A stretch of DNA of 22,726 bases from Candidatus Electronema aureum (GCA_004284765.1 NQJD01000039.1:1-22726); one strand, 5' to 3'. Shown: positions 1-7,889, counted from the first letter of the stretch. The notes: a model not told the origin generated them from the sequence alone. Translations and numbers: made by a program.

Positions 1-476
1 ACCCTGGTCGTGGCAGATGAAGGCACGTGGACGGTGAATGCAACAACAGGCGCGATCACCTTCACCCCGGAATCAGGCTTCACCGGCGACCCGACACCGA
101 TCACCTACACCGGCGAAGACGTGCAGGGCAATGTCTCCAATCCGGCGACAGTGACCTTGAACACCAACCCGGTGGCGAGCGACGACACGGACAGCTATAC
201 TCCGACTGTTGCCAAGACGGTGGACGTTCTGGCGAACGACACCGCCGGCGACAAGATCGTGGCGGCCACGGTGAAGATCACCACCGCAGGCGCGGCGGCG
301 GACGGCAAGACCCTGGTCGTGGCAGATGAAGGCACGTGGACGGTGAATGCAACAACAGGCGCGATCACCTTCACCCCGGAATCAGGCTTCACCGGCGACC
401 CGACACCGATCACCTACACCGGCGAAGATGCGCAGGGCAATGTCTCCAATCCGGCGACAGTGACCTTGAGTCATAC
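1..476 (+). repeat. Near-identical intragenic direct repeat. Units are 1-167 and 310-476, with a period of 309 bp (103 codons).
   Basis: The string accctggtcgtggcagatgaaggcacgtggacggtgaatgcaacaacagg... is present at nt 1 and nt 310. Only a few substitutions are visible (e.g. gaagacgtgcag vs gaagatgcgcag). Similarity ends at accttgaac / accttgagt. Confidence 0.9.
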
Positions 477-3027
477 CACTCCGACCTACGCACTGATTAG
501 CTCCTTCAAGGCGTATGTCAATGGGGACAAACAGACCGTGCTGGAATGGAAAACGGATAGCGAAGTTGGCACCATCGGTTTTCTGCTCGAAAGGTTAAAT
601 GAGCAAAGTGGCGAATATGAGTCGGTGACTCAAGACATGCTTCCGGGTATGCTTACCCCACCGCATGGTGGCACCTACCGCTTTGTTGACAAAGCGGCAA
701 TATCCGGTAAAAGCTATACATACCGAGTGATTGAAGTTGCGGTCAACAGTGAGGGTACGATTTCTGGGCCATACACAGTTCAGGCCAAGCAGCAGTTGCC
801 AGTCAACCAAGCTATGTTTGCTGACGGCCCGGAAGGATTCACCTTAGCCCAAGAGCGTCTCTCTACCAAGCAAGTACAACGCGTTGCGGTACGAGAGCAA
901 GCAGAGCAAAGTTTCTCTGCACAAGTAAAGAAAAAAACCGGTAAGGTATTGAGAATACCCGTGAGTAAAACCGGACTGGTTTCACTGACTGCTGATCAGA
1001 TCGTCGCAGCATCTGGCCTGAAGAAACAGCAGATTGTGCAAAATCTGAAGGCCAAAAAATGTTTGGTGACGTTACAGGGAAAACGAATTCCTACCCTGTT
1101 TGCCAGCGAAGGCGGTGCGCTTTGGTTCTATGGCCAAGCTCCGGCCAGAAACGATATCGGGCAGAACATCTACCGGCTTGAAATAGGTATGCAAGGTTCT
1201 GTGATGAAAGTAAATCCGCAATCAGATAACGACAGCGGTCACATCTACAGCGAGCAGTCTTTTGCTGACCGAGTAAAGGCTGAAGAAAATCATCTGCCTT
1301 TCCATCTCTATATCAACAAACCTGTGAAAGATTTCTGGGCTTGGGAATATTTGCTGGCCTCAGGAAAAGATTTTACGGTGACTCATTCCCTTGCCGCACC
1401 GAACATGTCAGGCAGTGGCAGTGCGGCAGTTGCGGTTAATCTGGTAAATATCTCCAGCCGCAATTTAGGGACTTCAGCGCCGTATAAGGTGACGATTTTC
1501 TTGAATGGTACTGATATCGGTGGAGCGGAAACCACTGCAACCGGAGATTGGCAAATCAGGAAAGAAGTGCCGGTGAGCTTGCTCCGAGAAAGCGGTAATG
1601 AGGTAAAAATTGTCTCGCAGCTGAACAGTGGGGTATCCTACTCATTGATTTATCTTGAATCCATTGAGCTGGAGTACCTGCGGAAATATCAAGCCGTGCA
1701 AGGCGAGCTGACTTTCAAGAGCGGCCATTCTAACCAAGTGACTGTAGAAGGCTTCAGCAGCGATACTGTGCTTGCACTTGATGTAACCAATCCTGATAAA
1801 CCGGTGCGGATGCGTCCGACGATTCGCCAAACGGAGTCTGGTAGCTATGCAGTGATGGTTCAGACAAAACCCAACAGCAGCTATTTCATCACCGAGAAAA
1901 CAGCGGCGACAGTGTCGCAAACAATGACCGTTGACACGCCTTCTCAGTTGCGCAGCGGCAAAAATCGGGCCGATTATCTCTTGATCGCACCGCTGCACCT
2001 GATCGACTCAGCTAAACGGCTAGCAGAACGCCGTCAGAGCCAAGGTTTGACCAGCATGGTTGTTGATATTCAAGATGTACAAGATGAATTCAGCTATGGC
2101 TTGGCGGCACCGGAGGCTGTGCATGATTTCTTGGCCTATGTGCATCAAAAATGGGAACAGGCTCCTCGTTATGTGGTACTGGTCGGAGACGGCTCCTATG
2201 ACTACCGCAATCATCTTGGCTACGGCTGGCCGCTGATACCCAGCGTGTTGGTCGCCACGCCGGAAGGTTTCTTCCCCAGTGACAACGCCTTGGCGGACGT
2301 GGTTGGCAATGACGGTCTGCCAGAATTCGCTGTAGGCAGAATTCCAGTATTTGACAAAGCTGAATTTGAGCAGTACATTGACAAAGTAATCAGCTACGAA
2401 CAGTCTGTTCATAACGGTGTCCAGAAGATAGCGGTTGTGAACGACAAGACTGACAAGGCGGCTGGTGATTTTAAAGCCAGTGCCAACTTAGTGGCCGGGT
2501 TGATGCCGGAGCAGGTTGCTGTTACTCGTTTGGATGTTGATACGCTGGGATATAGTGCTGCGGCTGACCAGATCAAAACAGCCATGCAGCAGGGAGTCGG
2601 CATACTCCATTACATCGGACACAGTTCCTTGATTGGACTTGGCAAAAGCAACTCGCTGCTGTCAGCAAGCAAGATTGATACGATGAATCCAGTCGGCCCA
2701 GCTATGCTGATGGTCAGCATGAGCTGCTCGGCAGCTAGTTTCGGTTATCCGGCCATGAATAGCATTGGCGAAAGCGCAGTGTTGCGGGCAGAAGGTGGAG
2801 CAGTCGGTTTCTTTGGCGCAACAGGTTTGTCTCTGAATCCGTTAGCCGACATCGTGACAGAAGGTTTCTATCGTAGTCTGTTTAAACCAGTAAGTCCTCG
2901 TGTCGGTGATGCAGTGCTTGAGAGTAAACGGCATTATCTACAGGTTAAGCAAGGAAGAGATGCTTATACCCTTGATATTTACAACCTGCTTGGTGATCCC
3001 GCTGTGCAGATGCCGACTCATCAGTAA
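1..3027 (+). CDS. Large surface/secreted protein, 5'-truncated by the window edge. It has tandem ~103-aa adhesin-type repeats, an Ig/FN3-like region and a C-terminal peptidase C25 (gingipain-like) domain.
   Basis: The frame is open to nt 1: codons 1-9 (TLV) continue the repeat seen again at 310. The repeat [39 protein letters not shown](V/A)[12 protein letters not shown] occurs twice, and the spacer has the cadherin/VCBS-like motif DVLANDT. The C-terminal part (YLLIAPLHL...[15 protein letters not shown]...LHYIGHSS...MSCSAASFG...LLGDPAV) resembles the C25 fold with His and Cys in the expected contexts. Stop is at 3025-3027. Confidence 0.75.
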   Translation, partial: TLVVADEGTWTVNATTGAITFTPESGFTGDPTPITYTGEDVQGNVSNPATVTLNTNPVASDDTDSYTPTVAKTVDVLANDTAGDKIVAATVKITTAGAAADGKTLVVADEGTWTVNATTGAITFTPESGFTGDPTPITYTGEDAQGNVSNPATVTLSHTTPTYALISSFKAYVNGDKQTVLEWKTDSEVGTIGFLLERLNEQSGEYESVTQDMLPGMLTPPHGGTYRFVDKAAISGKSYTYRVIEVAVNSEGTISGPYTVQAKQQLPVNQAMFADGPEGFTLAQERLSTKQVQRVAVREQAEQSFSAQVKKKTGKVLRIPVSKTGLVSLTADQIVAASGLKKQQIVQNLKAKKCLVTLQGKRIPTLFASEGGALWFYGQAPARNDIGQNIYRLEIGMQGSVMKVNPQSDNDSGHIYSEQSFADRVKAEENHLPFHLYINKPVKDFWAWEYLLASGKDFTVTHSLAAPNMSGSGSAAVAVNLVNISSRNLGTSAPYKVTIFLNGTDIGGAETTATGDWQIRKEVPVSLLRESGNEVKIVSQLNSGVSYSLIYLESIELEYLRKYQAVQGELTFKSGHSNQVTVEGFSSDTVLALDVTNPDKPVRMRPTIRQTESGSYAVMVQTKPNSSYFITEKTAATVSQTMTVDTPSQLRSGKNRADYLLIAPLHLIDSAKRLAERRQSQGLTSMVVDIQDVQDEFSYGLAAPEAVHDFLAYVHQKWEQAPRYVVLVGDGSYDYRNHLGYGWPLIPSVLVATPEGFFPSDNALADVVGNDGLPEFAVGRIPVFDKAEFEQYIDKVISYEQSVHNGVQKIAVVNDKTDKAAGDFKASANLVAGLMPEQVAVTRLDVDTLGYSAAADQIKTAMQQGVGILHYIGHSSLIGLGKSNSLLSASKIDTMNPVGPAMLMVSMSCSAASFGYPAMNSIGESAVLRAEGGAVGFFGATGLSLNPLADIVTEGFYRSLFKPVSPRVGDAVLESKRHYLQVKQGRDAYTLDIYNLLGDPAVQMPTHQ

Positions 3028-3036
3028 AGTACATGT

Positions 3037-3075
3037 GATAGCCCCGGACGAGTGATTTCGTCTGGGGGGGCTATC
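3037..3075 (+). terminator. Strong GC-rich hairpin directly after the C25-protein stop. It is a possible transcript boundary but lacks a U-tract.
   Basis: gatagcccc (3037-3045) pairs with ggggctatc (3067-3075), and gacg (3047-3050) pairs with cgtc (3059-3062). The loop is agtgattt. The hairpin is followed by atcaataaagc rather than a T-run, so intrinsic termination is uncertain. Confidence 0.4.
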
Positions 3076-3103
3076 ATCAATAAAGCAAAAAAGGTGAAAA
3101 GAG

Positions 3104-3406
3104 ATGAATGTACAGTCCACAGATGTATTCCGCCGTGCAGACAACATCGTCACCCGTAAGGTGATGGATGAAACCCTGTTGGTACCTGTTTCTGGCGAGC
3201 TGGCTTCAATGGATAATCTGTACACCTTGAATGAGACTGGAGCTTTCATCTGGCAGGCAATCGACGGCACTCGCAGCTTGGCCGAAGTCGGCAAAATGCT
3301 GGAGGATCGGTATGATGCTCCGACAGAGGTGATTGAAGCAGATATGTTGGAGATTGTCAGTGGACTATCAGAAGCTGGTCTGATTATGCCTGTTACCAAT
3401 GCATAA
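3104..3406 (+). CDS. PqqD-family protein, a RiPP recognition element (peptide chaperone).
   Basis: The ~100-aa size fits the family. The pattern is typical of PqqD/RRE proteins: VTRKVMDETLLVPV...LYTLNETGAFIWQAIDGTRSLAEVGKMLEDRYDAP...IEADMLEIVSGLSEAGLI. It lies immediately upstream of a small peptide ORF and a radical SAM gene. An SD-like aaaaggtgaaaagag precedes the ATG. Confidence 0.85.
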   Translation: MNVQSTDVFRRADNIVTRKVMDETLLVPVSGELASMDNLYTLNETGAFIWQAIDGTRSLAEVGKMLEDRYDAPTEVIEADMLEIVSGLSEAGLIMPVTNA

Positions 3407-3423
3407 AAAGAGGGGGAAGAGTC

Positions 3424-3582
3424 ATGCAGAAGAAGGAAGTACAGCAGCCAGAGACGGAGCAAAACAAACGGCATTACGAAAAGCCTTCTTTGTCTGCTGT
3501 TCGGTTGTTTGCAGATATGGTTTTGCAGGTGTGCGGAAATGATACGTGCGGCCCGCCGTATCCTGATATGAGTCCAAGTTGA
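3424..3582 (+). CDS. Candidate RiPP precursor peptide 1 (52 aa).
   Basis: It is absent from the ORF track because it is under 60 aa. ATG 3424 is preceded by the purine-rich SD-like agagggggaagag. It has 52 codons, and the TGA at 3580-3582 overlaps the TTG at 3579. Translation: MQKKEVQQPETEQNKRHYEKPSLSAVRLFADMVLQVCGNDTCGPPYPDMSPS. It shares a collinear motif, Y-E-x-P-x-L-x4-LFAD-x-VL, with the peptide at 4770. It sits between the PqqD and rSAM genes. Confidence 0.7.
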   Translation: MQKKEVQQPETEQNKRHYEKPSLSAVRLFADMVLQVCGNDTCGPPYPDMSPS

Positions 3583-3593
3583 TTATAAATTTA

Positions 3594-4757
3594 ATGAAAA
3601 AGAAATCAGATACGGAATCTTCAGATTGTCTTGGCGGCGAACCAAACGATATCGCTCGTTATATTGCCAAGGCAGCAGAAGTTCGTGTTCCGCTGGCGGT
3701 TTCGTTTGAGCTAACCCGACGATGTAGTTTTCGTTGTGTTCACTGTTATCTTGGTGATCAGGAATCGATCCGTAAACACCGGCAGCAAGAGATGGATACT
3801 ACGTCAATCATCAAACTGATTGATGAAATGGCATCAGCAGGTGTTCTGTTTCTGACGGTGACCGGTGGTGATCCGATGATCCACCCTGATTTCTTAGAAA
3901 TTTATCGTTATGCAGTTCGCAGTGGCTTATTGGTGACAGTCTTCTGCAACGGCTCGCTGATCACCGATGAAATTGTTAGCACGTTCATTCAATACCCGCC
4001 AAGAGCGGTAGAAGTGACGTTGTATGGGGCAAGCCAAGCAACTTTTGAGGCAGTGACGCAACAGCTTGGTTCCTTTGCTGCTTGCATGGCAGGTGTGGAG
4101 AGGTTACGACAGGGTAAGGTACGGTTGCGGCTAAAAACGATGGTGTTGACGTTGAATCAAGCTGATCTACCGGTTCTTTGGCAGCGCGCTGAGGCAATCG
4201 ATGTGCAATTTCGGCATGACTGCTCGATCATCCCGGCTTTGGCCAACGGCGATAACGGTAGTCACAGCAATGCCGGAGATAATCTGCACGACACATTGCG
4301 CTTCCGGCTTGCGCCGGAGCAGGCGGCAGCGGCTGATTTGAGTATCACCCAAGTGAGAGAAAAATTACAGGAACGGGTTTGCATGGCTGCCCCGACAGAG
4401 ACAGGACAACCGTCAAGCAAACTCTACCGCTGCGGCGCAGGCCGGTCATCTTGTCACATTACGCCGTATGGAAAAATGCAGCCCTGCCTGATCACCCTCC
4501 AGCCTTCTTTTGACATTACCGCAGGCAAGGAAGCGTTTCAGGCAGCTTGGCAGAGCATCAGCAGGCTGATTCCTGAGCAGGAAGCGGGAGCGGGTTTCTC
4601 CTGCAACCGCTGCAAGGACAGATCGCTCTGCACGGGTTGTCCAAGCAATTTTTCAGCAGAAACAGGCAACGCGGAACAGGCTGCGGATTTTTATTGCCAG
4701 TATGCCGCCAGCCGCAGAGAAAAATCCGCAAGCCACGAAGCGGCAGTATCATCATAA
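3594..4757 (+). CDS. Radical SAM enzyme with a C-terminal SPASM-type auxiliary Fe-S domain (peptide-modifying maturase).
   Basis: CSFRCVHCY matches the CxxxCxxC radical SAM motif, and VTGGDPMIHPDF is GGE-like. The C-terminal cysteine clusters YRCGAGRSSCHITPYGKMQPC and FSCNRCKDRSLCTGCP are typical of SPASM domains. The start is ambiguous: ATG 3594 (MKKKSD) or TTG 3579, which overlaps the precursor stop. Confidence 0.9.
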   Translation: MKKKSDTESSDCLGGEPNDIARYIAKAAEVRVPLAVSFELTRRCSFRCVHCYLGDQESIRKHRQQEMDTTSIIKLIDEMASAGVLFLTVTGGDPMIHPDFLEIYRYAVRSGLLVTVFCNGSLITDEIVSTFIQYPPRAVEVTLYGASQATFEAVTQQLGSFAACMAGVERLRQGKVRLRLKTMVLTLNQADLPVLWQRAEAIDVQFRHDCSIIPALANGDNGSHSNAGDNLHDTLRFRLAPEQAAAADLSITQVREKLQERVCMAAPTETGQPSSKLYRCGAGRSSCHITPYGKMQPCLITLQPSFDITAGKEAFQAAWQSISRLIPEQEAGAGFSCNRCKDRSLCTGCPSNFSAETGNAEQAADFYCQYAASRREKSASHEAAVSS

Positions 4758-4769
4758 CCAAGGGAAAAA

Positions 4770-4937
4770 ATGATGAAAGAATTGAACAGTAATGTTGAGT
4801 TAAGCAAAGGTAAAGGCGAGAAGGTGCCTTACGAAAGTCCTCAACTCAAAGTAATCAAATTATTTGCTGATCAAGTGTTAGGTGGTAGCTGCTTCGGCTC
4901 AGTGGTGGATTGCGGCGGTTCTAAGGATCTTAGTTAA
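4770..4937 (+). CDS. Candidate RiPP precursor peptide 2 (55 aa), a paralog of the peptide at 3424.
   Basis: It is absent from the ORF track. The ATG at 4770 has an SD-like aagggaa just upstream. It has 55 codons and ends at TAA 4935-4937. Translation: MMKELNSNVELSKGKGEKVPYESPQLKVIKLFADQVLGGSCFGSVVDCGGSKDLS. The leader motif and its spacing match peptide 1 (Y to LFAD = 10 residues in both). It has two Cys and a C-terminal Ser. Confidence 0.7.
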   Translation: MMKELNSNVELSKGKGEKVPYESPQLKVIKLFADQVLGGSCFGSVVDCGGSKDLS

Positions 4938-4983
4938 CCAGCTCACTCAAGAAGATAACCTGAACGTGTATCGACAAATAGAT

Positions 4984-5856
4984 ATGCTATTAGGTGGTTT
5001 TTCCATTAAAATAATGGATGACAGTAATATTCCATGCAAGCAACATCACTTGGTAGATGTTTTTTCATGTCCCGTTAAAAAGAAAAATGTTCTTTGTCAG
5101 GCTATAGAGCTTTCGCTTAAGGAGCTGATGCAAATCAACTTTCCTGCCAGCGAGAGGAATATATTATATGCAGACTGTAGGGTGACTCTCTGTAGAACAG
5201 AAACAGATTCATTCAGGCTTTTATGCCTGAATGAATCTGGAAATGACACATTGTGGAATCTAAATTTTGATTCAAATTTTTCTCAATTTGAATACGGCCT
5301 TTCCCACGAAGCAATAGAACAGGGCGACCTTATTCAATTAGCTTTTAATCGGTTTCTTCTTCAGCATACCTTCATCAATCACCACGGCCTGATCATTCAC
5401 GCCGCAGGTGGTTCTATTCACGGCAAGGGCATGGTCTTTCCCGCCGTCTCCGGCACTGGCAAATCAACACTCAGCCATCTGCTGCTGCCGCATCCTGAAA
5501 ATCAGCTTTTCAGCGAAGAGCGGATCATCATGCGCCGGACGGATGACGGTTGGCATTTGTGGGGCACTCCGTGGAAAGGAACCGGCGTGATCGCCCGCAA
5601 TGAATCAGCACCGCTGAATGCCTTAGTTTTTCTCAGTCAGGCCCCGGAAACAAAAATCTCAAAACTGCCGCCCTCCGCCGCCCTCCGCCGTCTGCTGGAG
5701 ACGGTCTCCATTCCTTGGTACAGTCAAGAGTGGACCGACAAGGGCCTATCCGTCTGCGAATCCCTGCTGCGCGACATTCCTGTATTTGAGCTGGCATTCC
5801 GTCCTGATCAAACTGCGGTGCAAGCCGTGGCTGATTTAGCTGCTTCATTAGACTGA
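4984..5856 (+). CDS. HPr kinase/phosphorylase C-terminal-domain-like P-loop protein (putative peptide Ser kinase).
   Basis: HAAGGSIHGKGMVFPAVSGTGKSTLSHLL resembles the HprK P-loop region (G-x-S-G-x-G-K-S). The ORF-track start (GTG 4882) would overlap the precursor-2 gene. The first ATG after that gene's stop is 4984, but the true start is uncertain. Confidence 0.7.
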   Translation: MLLGGFSIKIMDDSNIPCKQHHLVDVFSCPVKKKNVLCQAIELSLKELMQINFPASERNILYADCRVTLCRTETDSFRLLCLNESGNDTLWNLNFDSNFSQFEYGLSHEAIEQGDLIQLAFNRFLLQHTFINHHGLIIHAAGGSIHGKGMVFPAVSGTGKSTLSHLLLPHPENQLFSEERIIMRRTDDGWHLWGTPWKGTGVIARNESAPLNALVFLSQAPETKISKLPPSAALRRLLETVSIPWYSQEWTDKGLSVCESLLRDIPVFELAFRPDQTAVQAVADLAASLD

Positions 5857-5873
5857 GCGAGCATTCGAGGTCG

Positions 5874-6356
5874 ATGAGCCACTCGGTTATCGGTATTCGC
5901 GAACCCGGCGCATTAGATTTAGTGCAGTCCCTACTTCGGCAGGGTTTTAGTGTTCACATCCGAGTTTCTGGTGACTCCATGAAGCCGCTGCTTCGGGGTG
6001 GTGAGCTTGTTGAAGTGGCACCTTTAAGAGATGCCCGTCCCAAACTTGGCGATATTCTTTTTGTCCGCAGTCGTCAAAACACTCCGCTTGTCCATCGCTT
6101 AATTTGGCGACGTAACCAAAACGGCATTTCTCACCTATTGACCAAGGGTGATGCCTGTGCAGGTTTTGACGGTTTTATTCCTGCGAACAAGGTGATAGGC
6201 CGCGTTGATCGGATTATAATTGCCGATCAAAAATCAATCAGCCTGCAAGTACCGCTGATGCGGCTACGAGCTGTTTTGTCTGTCAGCCGTGTTTTACTTG
6301 CTCATGCTTGGCGCAAATTGAACGCCTATAAAAAAGAATACCCGCCGAGTATATAA
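5874..6356 (+). CDS. S24/S26-family serine peptidase (signal-peptidase-I/LexA-like fold). It is a putative leader peptidase.
   Basis: SGDSMKPLLRGGELVEV matches the catalytic-Ser motif G-x-S-M-x-P of S24/S26 peptidases. A downstream LLTKGDA supplies a candidate general-base Lys. SD gagg lies at 5867-5870. The gene is 17 nt after the preceding gene. Confidence 0.7.
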   Translation: MSHSVIGIREPGALDLVQSLLRQGFSVHIRVSGDSMKPLLRGGELVEVAPLRDARPKLGDILFVRSRQNTPLVHRLIWRRNQNGISHLLTKGDACAGFDGFIPANKVIGRVDRIIIADQKSISLQVPLMRLRAVLSVSRVLLAHAWRKLNAYKKEYPPSI

Positions 6357-6361
6357 CTTCC

Positions 6362-6391
6362 TTGCAATTTTTGCATGTTCTGTCTTATCAT
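6362..6391 (+). promoter_or_regulatory. Sigma70-like promoter candidate for the gene at 6434.
   Basis: ttgcaa (6362-6367), an 18-nt spacer, then tatcat (6386-6391). It lies in the AT-rich gap between the peptidase stop and ATG 6434. This is pattern only. Confidence 0.3.
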
Positions 6392-6433
6392 AGAATCTAT
6401 GAAAAATATTTTAACTCTCACGGAAAAACAAAC

Positions 6434-7825
6434 ATGAAAAATCAAGCTGAATGCCACTTTTCTTGGCTTGTAGCCATTCTGTTCGCTGCGCTTTCCATTT
6501 TTCATCCTCTGACGGTGAAAGCGCAGGTGTCGTCCGGTACCATAACAGGCACCGTGACGACTGTAGATACAGTTCCTCTGGCAAGTCTGGCGGTGGGTGT
6601 GTACCGTGCTGATGATGAAAGTACTCGGCTGAAAGCCGTACGGACAAACACTGCGGGTATTTTTACGCTGACGGGTCTGCCAGCGGGTAATTATAAAATA
6701 AAATTCTTCACTACTGGTATTAATTATGTCGGAGGATGGTATAAGCAAAATACTTCCCCTCCAGCCTCAGCGGTAGCCACATTTGGCGAAGGTAATATCA
6801 TTACGCTGACCTCAACAGCCGGAGCTGATGTAGGGGAGACACGACTTGATCTCGGTTTGCAGATCAAAGGAAAAGTGAATGATACCTCCTCGCCAAGTAA
6901 TCCTATTGCTGGAGTCTATGTTCAGGCATATCGCAACGGAGTTTGGGAAAGAACTTCTGATGCTGCCACCATCATTGCTGATGGCTCATACATCATTAGC
7001 GGCCTGAGAGCAGGTGACTACACCATACGTTTTTGGGCGTATCAAACCAGCTATACTACGGAATGGTATTCTTCAACTACTCCAACAAACACTGTTCCTG
7101 ATGCTACCAGTGCTGCTTCTGTGGCGGCAGGGAGTATTAACATAAACGCCCAGCTATCTACAGGCGGTAACATTCTTGGCACGGTTTACGATAAGACAGG
7201 GACGGTACCTGTTGTCGGCGCATTAGTGACTGTTTATGATAATGTATCTCCTTACACGTTTAGAGGCTTCACCACCACGTTAGCAACAGGCACATACACA
7301 GTGCGAGGTCTTCCTCTTACAGGAAATTATCTTGTCCAGTTTTATGAAAAATATGTCAATAACGTGGGGACGGGCCTAACTGAATGGTACAACGATAAGT
7401 CTGATAGGGCCAGTGCAGCGGCTGATTTTGGCAGTGTTGTTGTCATTAACCAAGCAACAGGATACATCGACAATATTAATGCTACGCTTGATCGTGGACC
7501 TATTTCTGGCAAGGTCACCTACAAGACAGGCTCGCCTGTCGTAGGCATGTTGATTAGTGTATATGACAGCAATCAAGTTTTGAAACTATCTACAACCACC
7601 GATACCAAAGGACAGTATATCACTGGGGAACTGCCCGCAGGAACTTATAAAGTGCAGTTTGGTACTGCCAGTTGGTATAATGGAAAAGATAATTTTAACG
7701 AGGCTAATGCAGTGCAGGCGGGAGCTGCTGGAATCAATGCTATCATAGAACAGCCGACACTCCTCTTCCATGTCTACAATATCCTCCTTATGAAAAAACA
7801 TTGCACGGCAGCTGATTGCCAATAA
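6434..7825 (+). CDS. Secreted protein with four carboxypeptidase-regulatory-like / Cna-B-like beta-sandwich repeats.
   Basis: The start at ATG 6434 gives a signal-peptide-like N-terminus (MKNQAECHFSWLVAILFAALSIFHPLTVKAQV). There are four ~100-aa repeats of the type G(T/K)V...G.PV.GA.V.VY......T...G.Y...GLPAG.Y.V.F....Y..EWY. The longer ORF-track start (6362) lacks any support. Confidence 0.7.
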   Translation: MKNQAECHFSWLVAILFAALSIFHPLTVKAQVSSGTITGTVTTVDTVPLASLAVGVYRADDESTRLKAVRTNTAGIFTLTGLPAGNYKIKFFTTGINYVGGWYKQNTSPPASAVATFGEGNIITLTSTAGADVGETRLDLGLQIKGKVNDTSSPSNPIAGVYVQAYRNGVWERTSDAATIIADGSYIISGLRAGDYTIRFWAYQTSYTTEWYSSTTPTNTVPDATSAASVAAGSININAQLSTGGNILGTVYDKTGTVPVVGALVTVYDNVSPYTFRGFTTTLATGTYTVRGLPLTGNYLVQFYEKYVNNVGTGLTEWYNDKSDRASAAADFGSVVVINQATGYIDNINATLDRGPISGKVTYKTGSPVVGMLISVYDSNQVLKLSTTTDTKGQYITGELPAGTYKVQFGTASWYNGKDNFNEANAVQAGAAGINAIIEQPTLLFHVYNILLMKKHCTAADCQ

Positions 7826-7852
7826 TCTCGTTTCACTTATTTCTACAGATTT

Positions 7853-7889
7853 ATGCTGGTAGGATATTTTCCTATCAGCATATTTTTTT
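7853..7889 (+). terminator. Rho-independent terminator.
   Basis: atgctggtagga (7853-7864) pairs with tcctatcagcat (7870-7881) at 11 of 12 positions. A run of seven T follows at 7883-7889. Confidence 0.7.

Noticed and set aside
1-3027. The C25 peptidase as the leader protease of the RiPP operon.
   Set aside because: It is separated from the operon by a strong hairpin. It is a huge repeat-bearing surface protein, and the operon already encodes its own S24/S26 peptidase. Adjacency alone is insufficient.
2938-3474. A 178-aa minus-strand ORF spanning the C25 gene end, the PqqD gene and the precursor-1 start.
   Set aside because: It crosses a strong hairpin and two well-supported plus-strand genes. 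It has no motif support.
3424-4937. Interpreting the cluster as a lasso-peptide cluster, because of the YxxPxL leader, the PqqD-type RRE and the HprK-like kinase.
   Set aside because: No Asn-synthetase-like cyclase or transglutaminase-like B2 protease is present anywhere in the window. There is also no Thr at the position expected before a lasso core. A rSAM/SPASM enzyme occupies the maturase position instead.
4882-4983. The GTG-4882 start for the HprK-like gene. Similar upstream extensions occur at 6362, 9898, 11685, 16609, 17969, 15823 and 11571-11690(-).
   Set aside because: The extensions overlap better-supported features (the precursor-2 gene, terminator hairpins, the preceding gene) or add non-homologous residues before canonical N-termini. 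Internal ATG/GTG starts with SD-like sequences or stop/start coupling fit better.
7751-7825. The C-terminal tail of the secreted repeat protein (...LLMKKHCTAADCQ) has a C-x4-C with Asp before the second Cys, reminiscent of the precursor cores (CGNDTC, CFGSVVDC).
   Set aside because: It has no leader motif (no YxxPxL/LFAD). The gene has its own promoter-like region and a signal peptide. A short two-Cys pattern is easily coincidental. It is worth remembering only if the rSAM proves to make Cys-Asp links.
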